From: Entomortierella parvispora E1425 | Lineage: Eukaryota; Fungi; Mortierellomycota | Reading direction: 5' to 3' | Assembly: GCA_020891255.1 (NCBI GenBank) | Contig: BQFW01000013.1 | Location: 1,798,001-1,862,000, forward strand | Length of the DNA: 64,000 nucleotides | Shown: positions 14,824 to 25,878 of the stretch, piece by piece | Numbering within the stretch: the first letter of the stretch is position 1 | How the letters are laid out: each line of letters begins with the position of its first letter | Made by a program: the position numbers and the translations under genes | Notes under the pieces: model-generated | The model's input: the letters and a program-made list of their open reading frames with translations, nothing else | Database searches by the model: none | What the model was told of the DNA's origin: nothing

Positions 14824-16751
14824 TTATTCGATATGCTCGAAAGGCTCGACTGACACGTTGAGCGTGTTGAATAGTGAACGTGCCCGATCCTCCAGGTGGT
14901 CGTCGTCCCTGAGAATCGTCACCACAGTTCCCTTCTGACCCATGCGACCAGTTCTTCCGGCCATGTGCAAGTAGCTCGATGGGGCAGATGGCAGACCCAC
15001 AATGTAGACATGCGACAATCCCGGGAGGTCCAATCCGCGTGCATTGGACTCGTGGGCCAGATAGATGCCCTTGAACCTATCCCCAGCTTTAGCGAGTGGC
15101 CGCGACCCCAAGGACCTGTGCTTCTGATCAAAGGCGCCGTCAATCTGCTTCACAGGTAGACCAAACTCAAATTCGAGTCGATTGGCAATCTCGCGCAGAC
15201 TGAACGGGGAGCAAAAAAAGACGCAGGCACTCTCGACTTTGTCCAGCATGCAGGCCATAGCAACACCTTCCAGCATCCGATCATCATCATCTCTGAACTT
15301 CTGGATGGCAGCTTCGCTCTCATCCAGATCCCCTTGTGGCACGCCAGGGATTTTCAGCGCCGAGATTTGCTTCTTTTTCCAATCCAGATCCTTGCCGTCG
15401 TTTTTCCATTCCTGATCCGTAGCCTGCCAATCGCTTTCAGCTCCCGAGCTCCCAGAACCGCGCGCGTTTCTCTCATTCCAGGGCACACTGGGTTCCTTTT
15501 TCATGTTGCGGACCGAATCTGGGCCCACTATCATGCAATGATGGCGAATTCCCTCGGGGAGAACCACGCTTTTAGTCGTGTCCACCCACTCTGCGTTCTG
15601 GATCCAATGATGAGATTCAAGCCAATAACGGATAGGTCGATTCATCGTAGCAGATGCCACCACAAACTGAATTCGATTCAAAGGCGCCGCCGTGCTAACG
15701 CCTTTGCTGTTGTCACTGTCTCCTTCTGGCGACACCTCTGCCTCGGCCAGTTCCTTGTATCGTCCTGCCGCCTTTGCAGAGCGCAAAATCTCACGAACAG
15801 CGAGTTCGGCAGAAGTTGGGTGAACGCTCCTGTTCGTGATCCTTTTCTGGCTGGCAAAGCGAGTCGGCAGCTGAATCAAATTGTCTACTTCATCCAGGAC
15901 CAAGGTCTCGATTCCACTCAGATCCAGGACTCCCTGTTGAATCAATGCCCAGAGTCGATTGGGTGTCGCCACAAGAACATGGGGCAATGCCTCCGAAAGA
16001 CGCTCCACTTGCTTTTCTTCTTCCAGGGCTCTCTTCTTTTGTAATACCCGTGATGAATCCGGGGGTGAGGAGGACGAAGGTGCGGAGGAAGGAACGACCA
16101 AGACCTGGATGAGTCTATTCAGTTGATCGGGATCGTCGGCAAGGGCTGGGAACAGATCCTTGGTCCAGGACACGAGCTGAAATGCCAGTTCCTGATTTGG
16201 TACGACGATTACAGAGGTGATTCCTGGACGACCGGCAGCATCCTTCACACGGGGCTTGTTGAGGAGAGAGAGCAGAACGCCAAATGTCTTTCCTGATCCA
16301 GTGGTATCGCGAATGAGGACGTCTTTGTGCTGAAGAATGGGTGGTATAAATGTTTGCTGAAGTAGTGTGGGTTCCTGGATCGACATTCGGTTCTTTAGAT
16401 TGGCTGCAAGTGGTGGAAAGACACCTATTGACTAGAAGCGATTGGTCAATCGACATGACATTAGAATGGATATTTTGTTCATATTGTTTCAAGTGACGTT
16501 CTCTCTTCCAGGATCATTGGATCTGATCAGAGCAGGATACTCACCTCAAACGATGGTTTTGCAGGCGATGACTTTGAAGATAGGTGCCTTTTATATCCTG
16601 CGAAAGGTCCTTGTAAACATGTGTGGGTAGGCGATCTAGGAAGAGGGACCAGTGAGGATGTGGAGGCACGAGGTAGGAGGAAGGAACGTGTGTGACGAGC
16701 AAGAGCGGCGCGAACACATGGCTGCAGCTGCCTTGCTGCGTGACTATTCAT
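14824..16751 (-). CDS. DEAD-box RNA helicase, probably mitochondrial (~604 aa, 2 exons)
   Basis: Exons 16751-16545 and 16431-14824. The N-terminus is R/S/L/A-rich like a presequence. Q motif (FESIG...PTLLQ) is completed across the intron. Motifs TGSGKT, LVVATP-like (VLVATPNRL), DEVD, SAT, ARGLD and HMAGRTGR. Confidence 0.85.
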
Positions 16752-17177
16752 GGAGACGAATGAATGCAGAATGCGGCCAAATGAGGGGTTTCGGAATGAA
16801 GGTGCGAATGGGGAGGACAAGAAACAATGAAGGAGGGAGGTCGAGGGGAAAGAAGCGAGAGTGAGAGTGAGGTCAAGGATAGGTGTGGAGAGAGAAGGAC
16901 TCGAAGGAGCAAACAAGAAAGGAAGAAAGAAGCAAGGGCAGTCACCGCTCGTACAAGCCACCGCAGGGTGGCGACAACACATCGCATCATCACAGACATC
17001 ATCGCCATTTCTCCCTCCGCGCCATCGACCACAAAAACTAAGGACCAAGGACCAGGACCAGGACCAGGACTAACTCTAGCCACAGCATATACACTCATAT
17101 ACACCGCAGTGACCAGCACAACCGTCCCCGACCACCACCAGAATACATATACACACACGCAACACGCGCCTGTAACA
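16752..17177. promoter_or_regulatory. Probable bidirectional promoter region (DEAD-box helicase / U1A-like gene)
   Basis: 426-bp head-to-head intergenic gap. Positional inference only. Confidence 0.4.
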
Positions 17178-18401
17178 ATGGAGGACGTAACCATGACCGA
17201 GCAAAGACCTGACCAGGACGAGACCATGGCCCAACCAGCCGTCGCTGTGGGTGAAGCCACAGCCGCCACCACAGAGATTGCGCCCGATGCCAGTCCTTCA
17301 TTATACATCAAAAACTTGAATGAAAAAATCAAGCTGGATGGTAACTTTTTACTTTTTATGGTGGTCACCGTTTTTCCTTGGACGTATTCAAGGACCGCAT
17401 CAGCTAACAGACACACCTCCTATTCTCCCCCCTCAATCTACTTCTTTGTTCTCCTTCTTCCTGGATCTGGACATTGACATAATTCAACAGTCCTCAAAAA
17501 GTCTCTGAGGGCTATCTTTGGACAATACGGCGAGGTTTTGGATATCGTGGCGCATTCAAACATCAGGATGCGTGGCCAAGCTTTCGTTATCTTTGAGGAC
17601 AGTGAAACAGCCACCAAAGCCATGTCAGAAGTTCAATCTTTTCCTCTTTACGGAAAGCCCATGGTACAGTGATCTGGCTCAAAACATTAGCTATCGACGA
17701 TCAGGCGTATACACCCAGCCGGATGAACGTGTTATTCATTGCCTCTCTGTTTGCTTCGTGAATAGGTGATCCAATACTCAAAAAACAAGTCTGATATTCA
17801 CGCCAAGAAGGACGGCACATTCGAGCAACATCACAGCGAGCGCCTGCTGAGGAAAGGTTCGTGGCACCGTACTATTTGAATAAGCTCTGATTAACGATTG
17901 GGGTATTGGTTGGACAGTGTTGGCTGACTGGTCTTTTATTTTTCTATAGAAAAATTCGCAAACGACTTCAAGCCAAAGAAGATTCAGGCAAGACTTCAGG
18001 CCAAGAAGCAGGCATTGGCATTGGAACAGCAAAAGTTGGCAGAACAACATCAGCAGCAATTACTTCAACAACAGCAAATGGCGATGCATGGAGGTCGTCT
18101 CCCTGCAGGTGCTGTACCGGGATCAGCAGGTGCGAATGTACCAATGGTTCCAGACGAGTACCTCCCTCGCAACAGCATTCTGTTCTTGCAAAACTTGCCC
18201 CACGACATTGCGGAAGCTCAATTGGTGTCGCTCTTCCAACAGTACCCTGGCTTCAAGGAGGTCCGTACAGTTCCTGGAAAGTCTGGGATTGCATTCGTGG
18301 AATACGACAATGAGTACTACTCTGCAGCGGCCAAGACAGCATTGGCAGATTACCAGATTGCGCCTGAGCACAAGATGAAGGTTACTTTTGCCAGGAAGTA
18401 A
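17178..18401 (+). CDS. U1A/U2B''-family snRNP protein, two RRMs (~292 aa, 4 exons)
   Basis: Exons 17178-17340, 17491-17663, 17766-17856 and 17950-18401. RRM1: SLYIKNLNEKIK...DIVAHSNIRMRGQAFVIF...YSKNKSD. RRM2: ILFLQNLP...FPGFKEVR-like YPGFKEVR...GIAFVEY...KVTFARK. Confidence 0.9.
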
Positions 18402-18761
18402 TGTGCTGCTTCTCGCACAAACAATAAAAACAACATACAAATCACTCAACGATCCCGCGTTTTCTTCACGCTTTGCTCGTTTGCTAAGCATGACAACCTT
18501 CAAAATTAAAAATTTGCTCGTTTTGGTTGCACAAAATCATTGCTGATGCTGAAGATCATGACAATGGCAGATCGTATTGAAGATCTCATAATGGCTACTA
18601 AGGGTCTTTTATTATAAATAAGTTATTGACAAACCCATTCACTGGTCTGCTTGGAGATTCTCTAAAGGCAACAAATACACAAAAACTTTTTTTTGGGAGA
18701 AGAGAAAGAGAAAGAAAAAAAATGCGAAGACAAAAAATGACTATACAAACAATCCTAGATT

Positions 18762-19242
18762 TCAGCGTGACAGCAATGGCTTGTCCAATCCCAGGAAATG
18801 ACTAACACTGGAGCGACGACGCTGGACCTCTGGGGCAGGGGGGATGGGCAATCCATCGACATTGGTGGCGATATTCTTCTTGGCCTGCTCAGCTCTCACT
18901 TTGGCCAAATGATCCTTTTGGGCCAACTTGACGTCCGCATACGGTCCAGCGGCGTCATATTCTTCATCGCCTTCCTCGAGCGAGTGACGCGACAGCGTGC
19001 GGGACAGGCGACGGGACAATGAAGGTGATCGGGAATGGGAGGCGTTACGGAGTTTGTCTGTCAAGATCGCAAGGGAGGAGCGACGACGACCACGTGTGCT
19101 AGCATCGGCAGCGCGAGCGGCGGCGGCGGCGGCGACGGCACTCTCAGAAGCAATGTGGATCTTATGGGGTGCGGCAGGATCAACAGAGGAGGTTGAAATG
19201 GATGCATTCTGCTGTTGATGCTGTGGCTGTTGTTGTTGTTGT

Positions 19243-19289
<47 letters not shown>

Positions 19290-19904
19290 GAGCATTGTAG
19301 CTTGGCGCTCAATTTGGATCATAGGTTGTCCAGCCTCCTCAGAGAAGGACACGGGTTGATGAACAGGGATAGGGTTAGGCGCAGCAGTAGCTGTGGGAAA
19401 TGCGGTCGCTGCAGGTACTGCGGCAGCCGTAGGCACTGGTGGATCAAAGGGTCCAACTGGAGGTCTCGATGCCGACGCGTGTTGGACCATGTCCATTGGA
19501 CCCCCCATGAAAGCATCCTGTCTAGGCTGCGAGGCTGGCATCAACTCGACCTGGGCTCCGGGCACACCCATGCCTCCTACAGAATAACCAAGAGATCCAT
19601 CTCCGACCGCGTTGGTGTTCAAGGGGACGTTGGTAGGAGGAGCCATCTGCTGCTGGCTGGCGATCGCGGTCACATACGACTCTGGCATGTCGGGCTGAGC
19701 GAAAAACGACTGCTGATATCTTTGGTCAAACTGCTGAGACGCTTGTTGAGGCTGATGATAATACTGTTGCTGTGGCTGTTGAGGATTCTGTTGCTGCACC
19801 TGTTCAAGGATGTGCTGCTCGGGCTGCATGTTCTCCAAGAGCTCCACTTGTGCGCCGCCGACATGAAAACTAGCATTGTTGTTAGATGGTGGTGGTGCGG
19901 CCAT
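18762..19904 (-). CDS. Q/P-rich low-complexity hypothetical protein (380 aa) with polyQ tract
   Basis: Single 380-codon ORF with an ATG. About 20 Q are encoded by a CAG/CAA run near 19215-19285. The basic C-terminus has several RRxS motifs. Confidence 0.7.
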
Positions 19905-20446
19905 TATCAGTTGAATAGTGTGGGGAGATTACTTTAAGTTGGAAAATGTTCAAGAGAGAAAGATGGGGGAGAAGTGGGGTATAGATCGCGAGTGACTTGA
20001 ACCCCAGAAACAAAGGAGAAAAAAAATTATCTCTTTCAGAGACACCAAAAAGAAGGCACGTGATGCGACTCCAAACGCGACGGGTTTTGCAACTTTTCAC
20101 CAGCTAAAAATACCCTTTCGAATGGTTGGTGCAGTTCGGCGCCATCGTCTTTATTAAATTGGAGCTTTTAGTTCCAGGGAGGTGCTCGAAAGAGGATGAC
20201 CATTGAGGAAAAGGAAGTAAAACCCTCGGATTTTGAGAAAGTAAAACTCATAAGGATTGACTTGATTACGAGAGGGGAAAAGAGAAGAACCTCGGAAAGA
20301 TAGTGGAGAGGGAAAATAATAAACCTCGGTAGAGAGTTGTGAGAATGGGAAAAAGGAGAAAAACCCAAGAGTCCTGGAAGGAAAGGGCGAGGAAAACGTT
20401 CAAACGACCAGGGTCGTAAGCGTACAAAACCTCGAAGCGGGATTCT

Positions 20447-20790
20447 TCAAACAAGAATTATTTGTTGGTGTTGCGTTGAGTCGAGGTCATGTTTGTCTGT
20501 GCGAAGATGACAGATTTCTCTTTCGCTGTCGGGACCAGCGCCAGATTTGGTGGCGGGCACGAGCTCGGGATTGGTTAGTTTGTAATTGTCTGTAATAGGA
20601 ATGATTTTCTTTGGGTTGAACGCAGACTCTGGAAACTCTTGATTGTGAGAGCTGTCGCAGTTTATCCATTCAACCATGTAAACCGTCTCCGCGGGGGCAA
20701 CATCACGGTGCCCAATGATCTTTTCGAGTTTATAACATAACTGTTTTTGTCTTATTCTTCATCATCGCGTAGGGCAAGCTTCGTTATATA
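20447..20790 (-). pseudogene. Degenerate chromodomain fragment, likely a transposable-element remnant
   Basis: Extending ORF 20447-20677 upstream gives YKLEKIIGHRDVAPAETVYMVEWINCDSSHNQEFPESAF, matching the chromodomain pattern YxVEKIxxHR...YxVxWxxxxxxxNxWxPExxx. Upstream LRDDEE* lies in another frame with a stop. Confidence 0.5.
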
Positions 20791-21249
20791 TGCGAAGATG
20801 GTGTAAAAGAAACAGCTTGATGACATTTGAAAGGAAGATAGAACGCCAGAAAGGTCAAGGAGATGCAGAAAAAATATCCGAGGGAGGGACTAATGAACAA
20901 AAGGATCTGTGTTAGTCTGAGAAAACACTGAAAAAAGTGAAGGACGAGGACAGAAAGGCAGGGAAGAGCAAGGGCAAAAGAAAGAATTGGGGAATTGACA
21001 GGGGCAAGAAACTCAAGGGTGGTAAAAATCAAAGATAGGCGATAATCAAAGGCATGCAAAAAAAGGGAGGCTAGGCAAGCAACATGTAAAGAAACAAATT
21101 GGTGAAAAAGGGGGGGACCCAAAAAAAAAAAAAAAAAAAAAAAAAAATCAAGGGCAGCAAAACGACCAAGGTCATTATCAATAGCTGGCCTGTAGTAGCC
21201 AAGCATTCATAACGACGTTGCTTTTTAAGAGGAAAGGAGATAATCAGCA

Positions 21250-21570
21250 GAGAACAAAAATGAGATTTTAAGGGAGGAAAGAACAGAATTGCGAGGGGTA
21301 GGGTCAACAAGAATTCAAGGATTCAGAGGAACAAGAAAAGATCGCAGGGGAGCAGGAGAAAGATTGTAGGAGAAAACGAGATTTCAGGAGAGAACAAAAA
21401 TGAGATTTCAGGGGAAGAAAGAACAGAATTGCGAAGGGTAGGGTCAACAAGAATTCAGAGGAGGAACAGGAAAAGATCGTAGGAGAAAGGAGAAAAATTG
21501 TAGGAGAAAAAGAGATTTCAGGAGAGAACAAAAATGAGATTGTAAGGGAAGAAAGAACAGAATTGCGGAA
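21250..21570. repeat. Three degenerate tandem copies of a ~135-140 bp purine-rich unit
   Basis: AGAACAAAAATGAGATT...GAAAGAACAGAATTGCG recurs at about 21251, 21391 and 21525. GGGTAGGGTCAACAAGAATTCA occurs twice. Confidence 0.75.
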
Positions 21571-21688
21571 TACGAAAACATCATAGGAGAGGAAGAAAAA
21601 TGACAGTTCTTTCTTCGAGGGATACCCGTGAGTCTCCAGCGTAATCCTGCATCTACTTCTCAAGTATTTAAAGATGTGCTTCCATCTC

Positions 21689-21724
<36 letters not shown>

Positions 21725-21929
21725 GCACTGGATTCCAAGACTCCTCGACCCTTTACTGGAAGAACCTATTTTATCTCTGGTAAACTATTCACAATATTGC
21801 TTGATTTTCCCTAAGAACCTCATGATTTATAAATCCATCGAATTTCAGAGTAATCTCTGTCTCGCAGGCGCAGAGTGTACTCATAGTTCACATCTTCACT
21901 CCCTCAATAGGAGATACCGCACGTATATC

Positions 21930-22442
21930 ATGTTGCGACATTATTTTCAAGCCCTCTTCTTCTGTCTATTTTTGCTGAGTCAGTCAGCTTCATCACCCTC
22001 AGACATCATATATCACCATCCCAACGGTCGCTACCCAGTACTTCCCATTCAGGAAGGATCAGACCATAAACTCTCAATGACATTACCTGATGGTGGGCAG
22101 TGCAAATTTACTGCCGAGCAGGTCCAAGCAACCACTGTGATCTTGCAGAAAATTGATCCCATTATTCCACGGAATATTGGAAAGGCAAGGTGCGTTGCTG
22201 GCTGCACAGGGTACATCATGTCAGACGGCGACAAGAATATCTGCAGGCAACACGCACCAAACCTGGAACTCTATGCCGATTGCTGGGATAAATTTTGCGA
22301 GGAAACCATTGCAGCACGCAGAACACTCTGTGTGATGGGGTGTGAATACAACTCCAGTGGTCAGGGTTGCAAAACAAATAGCTATGGTGCATGCTTAGGA
22401 TTTTGCGGTAGAGATCACGAAGGCTTCTATACATGTAAATAA
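21930..22442 (+). CDS. Small secreted cysteine-rich protein (170 aa, 12 Cys in the mature part)
   Basis: ATG at 21930. Signal-peptide-like start MLRHYFQALFFCLFLLSQSASS. Intronless ORF with CVAGC, CWDKFC, CVMGC and CLGFC motifs. Confidence 0.7.
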   Translation: MLRHYFQALFFCLFLLSQSASSPSDIIYHHPNGRYPVLPIQEGSDHKLSMTLPDGGQCKFTAEQVQATTVILQKIDPIIPRNIGKARCVAGCTGYIMSDGDKNICRQHAPNLELYADCWDKFCEETIAARRTLCVMGCEYNSSGQGCKTNSYGACLGFCGRDHEGFYTCK

Positions 22443-22885
22443 CCAATAGTGTAATAGAATAGACCTCATCAACCCCGCATCTCCCTTAAGGTGGCAATAC
22501 AATCATTTTGGTTATTACTCTATCCCACAACCGGATCCTGGGTATTTTCATCTCTGGCAGCTTTAGAGTCTTCCTAATATGGACTTTTCGCAAACACTCG
22601 TGTAAGAATGCGACTCTCCGCCACAGTAGCCAGTGAGAAATCATTAAGCTGCTGAGGTTGAAAACCCCAGAACTGTTCCACCAAGTCGACACTTTCAACA
22701 ATCGAAGTCGGCCCCTGATTCAAGACTTTGAAGTGCTCCAAATAAATCGTGGGGTCCATATTATCTAAATTGTGATAGTAAGGATATGTGAGAATGAGGG
22801 TAGTGTGCAATTAGGGCCAGGAAGAATACAATACTATCCCAGTGTTGTCCCTTGGAGTTGTCCCGTTCTTTTCCCTGCTCTTTCT

Positions 22886-23127
22886 TTTCTCTGCCCTTGC
22901 CTTTCTCTGCCCTTGCCTTTCTCTGCCCTTGCCTTTCTCTGCCCTTGCCTTTCTCTGCCCTTGCCTTTCTCTGCCCTTGCCTTTCTCTGCCCTTGCCTTT
23001 CTCTGCCCTTGCCTTCCATGCCCTTTCTTTTCTCTGTCCTTGCTTTTCTCTGCCCTTGCCTTTCTCTGCCCTTGCCTTTCTCTGCCCTTGCCTTTCTCTG
23101 CCCTTGCCTTTCTCTGCCCCTGCCCTG
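22886..23127. repeat. 16-bp minisatellite (CTCTGCCCTTGCCTTT)n, ~14 units with one interruption
   Basis: Directly visible tandem unit. It explains the spurious repetitive ORFs on both strands. Confidence 0.95.
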
Positions 23128-23551
23128 TATTTTAACACCCAACTTTTTATCAAGTTATTTGTTCCAGGACACTATTAATATGTCCCTCTCCTACAATTTT
23201 TTTCTTCAGTCCCTCTCTGACATGTCTTTCTTTTGATCTCCAATTGACTTTGTTTCTTCACTCCATCTATTTACTTTTTTTTCGCTGTTGCGTCCCCTCG
23301 ACTTTTTTCTCACTGATCGACCCCTCTGGCTTTTACTAGCTGCCCCATCTTTTTTTTTCTATCTATTCTTTCCCTCGACGTTTACTCTTCTATTCCATTT
23401 AGTATCTCCCACACATCCAGGTGCCAGCCCATCTATTGCACAACATAAAAGCACGCCTTTCCCCGTTCCGAGACTTGAAGTCCTGTACCATCAAAATCAG
23501 ATCTTCAATTCGCATTATACGTCCCCCTCCTGAAAAATTCAAATTTCTTCG

Positions 23552-23833
23552 ATGTCGCCAGTCCTTGCCACTTGTATGATCCTCATGCTAGTCTTTCTAG
23601 CAACACCTCAAGGCTTCCTCATTCGAAATGCAGCAGTGACGAATGCCGCTCCTATTCCAGTTGCTGACAATGACTCGAACTTTGGCGGCGGAACCAGTGC
23701 TCCCAATGACTATGGTATCGCGGCGGCTTCAACCTGTTTACAAGATCTTGAAGTGGTACCAGCTCTCGAAGCCTTGGTTGGTAGCACTATGAACTATTGC
23801 AGTAACGGGAATGTCGTTGATCACCGTGGTTAA
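23552..23833 (+). CDS. Putative small secreted protein (93 aa)
   Basis: ATG-initiated ORF with a hydrophobic N-terminus (VLATCMILMLVFLA) and an AAPIP motif. No recognisable domain. Confidence 0.35.
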   Translation: MSPVLATCMILMLVFLATPQGFLIRNAAVTNAAPIPVADNDSNFGGGTSAPNDYGIAAASTCLQDLEVVPALEALVGSTMNYCSNGNVVDHRG

Positions 23834-25878
23834 TAAACCATACTGCACGGCGTATAAGACAGTAGACTTTTAAAATGCAGATTAGGAGATAATTTTATGT
23901 TATGTTCAAGTTTCCAACCGCTTACAGCAGAACAGTTGATTAAAGACGCCCGCTATGGATATATCTTGCAACAGGAGCACTGGGAATGAAGTGGGGACAA
24001 GAAGTGCTATTTATTTAGGAACTAACTTATAATATATAGGCGTGGACCGAATTGAAGACAGGAACAGTCTGTTCCCCTCCTTGCACACACACTTAGCCCT
24101 TGTAGCCCCGCCCTTGTCGTTGACCTAGAAAGGTCATCTTGCCTTGCCCTCCTCCTGGTTCACAACACAGATTGTCACTCCCATAGCAGTGTGTCCCAGG
24201 GAACGTCCTCAAGGCCCCCACTCTCAAGGACAGACGGGCAGATGTATGTAAAACGTGTAACAAGGATGTACTCAAAAAGGTCAGTAGGCAAGTACTAGAC
24301 TATCTTTTAGAGCAATCAAAGACTGTTACCCTACATTTTTCTTGCTACCGACTTTCTCACGTTCACAAAATAAATTATATCGTGCATAGGCGATTGTTGC
24401 TGATGATAGGACCGTGTCAATCGACGACTGGTACCTAAGTAAAATAAAGGAATGTAAGTTGCGTAAAGCCCATTCCTGTGATAAGAAAAGTTCATTGCAT
24501 GATTGCCTACTGATCATTCCAATGCCTGACAATAAAATTTTTAAAACAACTCAAGGACTTTTGAAGTTCGGTTATTCTCTCGACAGATATCGCAAATAAA
24601 AATGCTAGGAAAATCCGTTCGAAAGCATTGGTGTATTACCAAGTCTGGCGTATCTCTGTGTGGACATCCTCTTGCTCTACCAAAGCACACCATGCAAATT
24701 AGAGAAGGTTTGGTTTTGGGGTGATGCGTGTTTCCACAAATAAGGTGTCGATTCCAGATATCCGCCTGACAGAATGATCATACTAGAGCTAAAGTCTCCC
24801 GCCTTCCACAGTGACATGCTCCTGAACGATGTGATCATCGGGGAAAGATAGCTGCCGTCGTCCTTCGATGTGTTTCACAATCCAACTGTCATACAAGATC
24901 CTTCCAAAAGCCTCAAGACAGACCACAAAGCTTTTCAAAAAAGAATTCGATCTTTGGAGGTTCAAACAAGGACATCCTTCAAGCACTGCTGCATACACTG
25001 CAGCTTTCACTTTGTATGCTTCCGGATGGGCAATCCTAAAATCAATGAACAGATTATTAGTACCAAATAATCACCCGAAAAAGTCTGCAAAAATATAAGC
25101 ACTCTCGGTATCTTGGAAGCACATTATCAGCGGCATTCAGTACAGTTTTTGAAGGGTCAAGAGATGTGAGGAGAGTCAGGAAATGTGACGAGAGAAAGTA
25201 GGCAGGGTCAAGAAATGTGAAGAGAGAAAGAAAAAGGAGAAAGAGATGCAAGGGCAAGAAATGTGAGAAGCGAAGGAGATGAAGAGTGGAGAAAGAGATT
25301 GGGAGTAGAGAAAAGAGGACGAAGAAATAATGGAGAGAAAGAGTTAATGAGAAAAGAGTTTTCAATCATTGGCTCCGTCTCCTTTGGGACAAGGGAATGG
25401 GGCGAGTCTCTTTTGGCAAAAGGAAAGGGTGCTCGTTTCGCGTTCCAGACAGGGGCGAGTGTCTTCTGGGAGTGCCCGTTTTGCGTTTATCTGTTTTCGG
25501 ACATTTCGGGTGAGGACATAGCCTCTACCCATCGTTTTCTCGAGGCAAACATAGTGGCAGCAGGGCAACAGTCTCCTTCTTCGCTGGACGACTTTTTGGT
25601 CACAGCGGGCCTTTTTTTTTTGGTAAATAACATGTGTACAACTCGCGAAGTTCTGATAACCCGAGGCTTTCGCGAAGCTCTGTAAGATCTAGCTCACTTA
25701 CTGCCAGATCAGCTACTCGATGAATGACACGATACAGCAACTCTGGGAATGGTGGTAGTAAGGAAAAGGGCAATGCAAGCACACCAACACGAGCTGACAA
25801 AAGGTGTATCAACCATCTCTTCCCCAAAGAGGCACCCTGTTGTTTTTATTTTTGGAATTGTGGACCAGGTCTCGTTTC

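Noticed and set aside
18410-18560. U1A autoregulatory PIE-like element in the 3' UTR
   Set aside because: Only one imperfect GTTGCAC; no paired ATTGCAC sites or supporting stem.
24300-25150. Possible F-box/LRR-type pseudogene (VLEGCPCLNLQR) on the minus strand
   Set aside because: Only a short motif resemblance with many stops; too weak to call.
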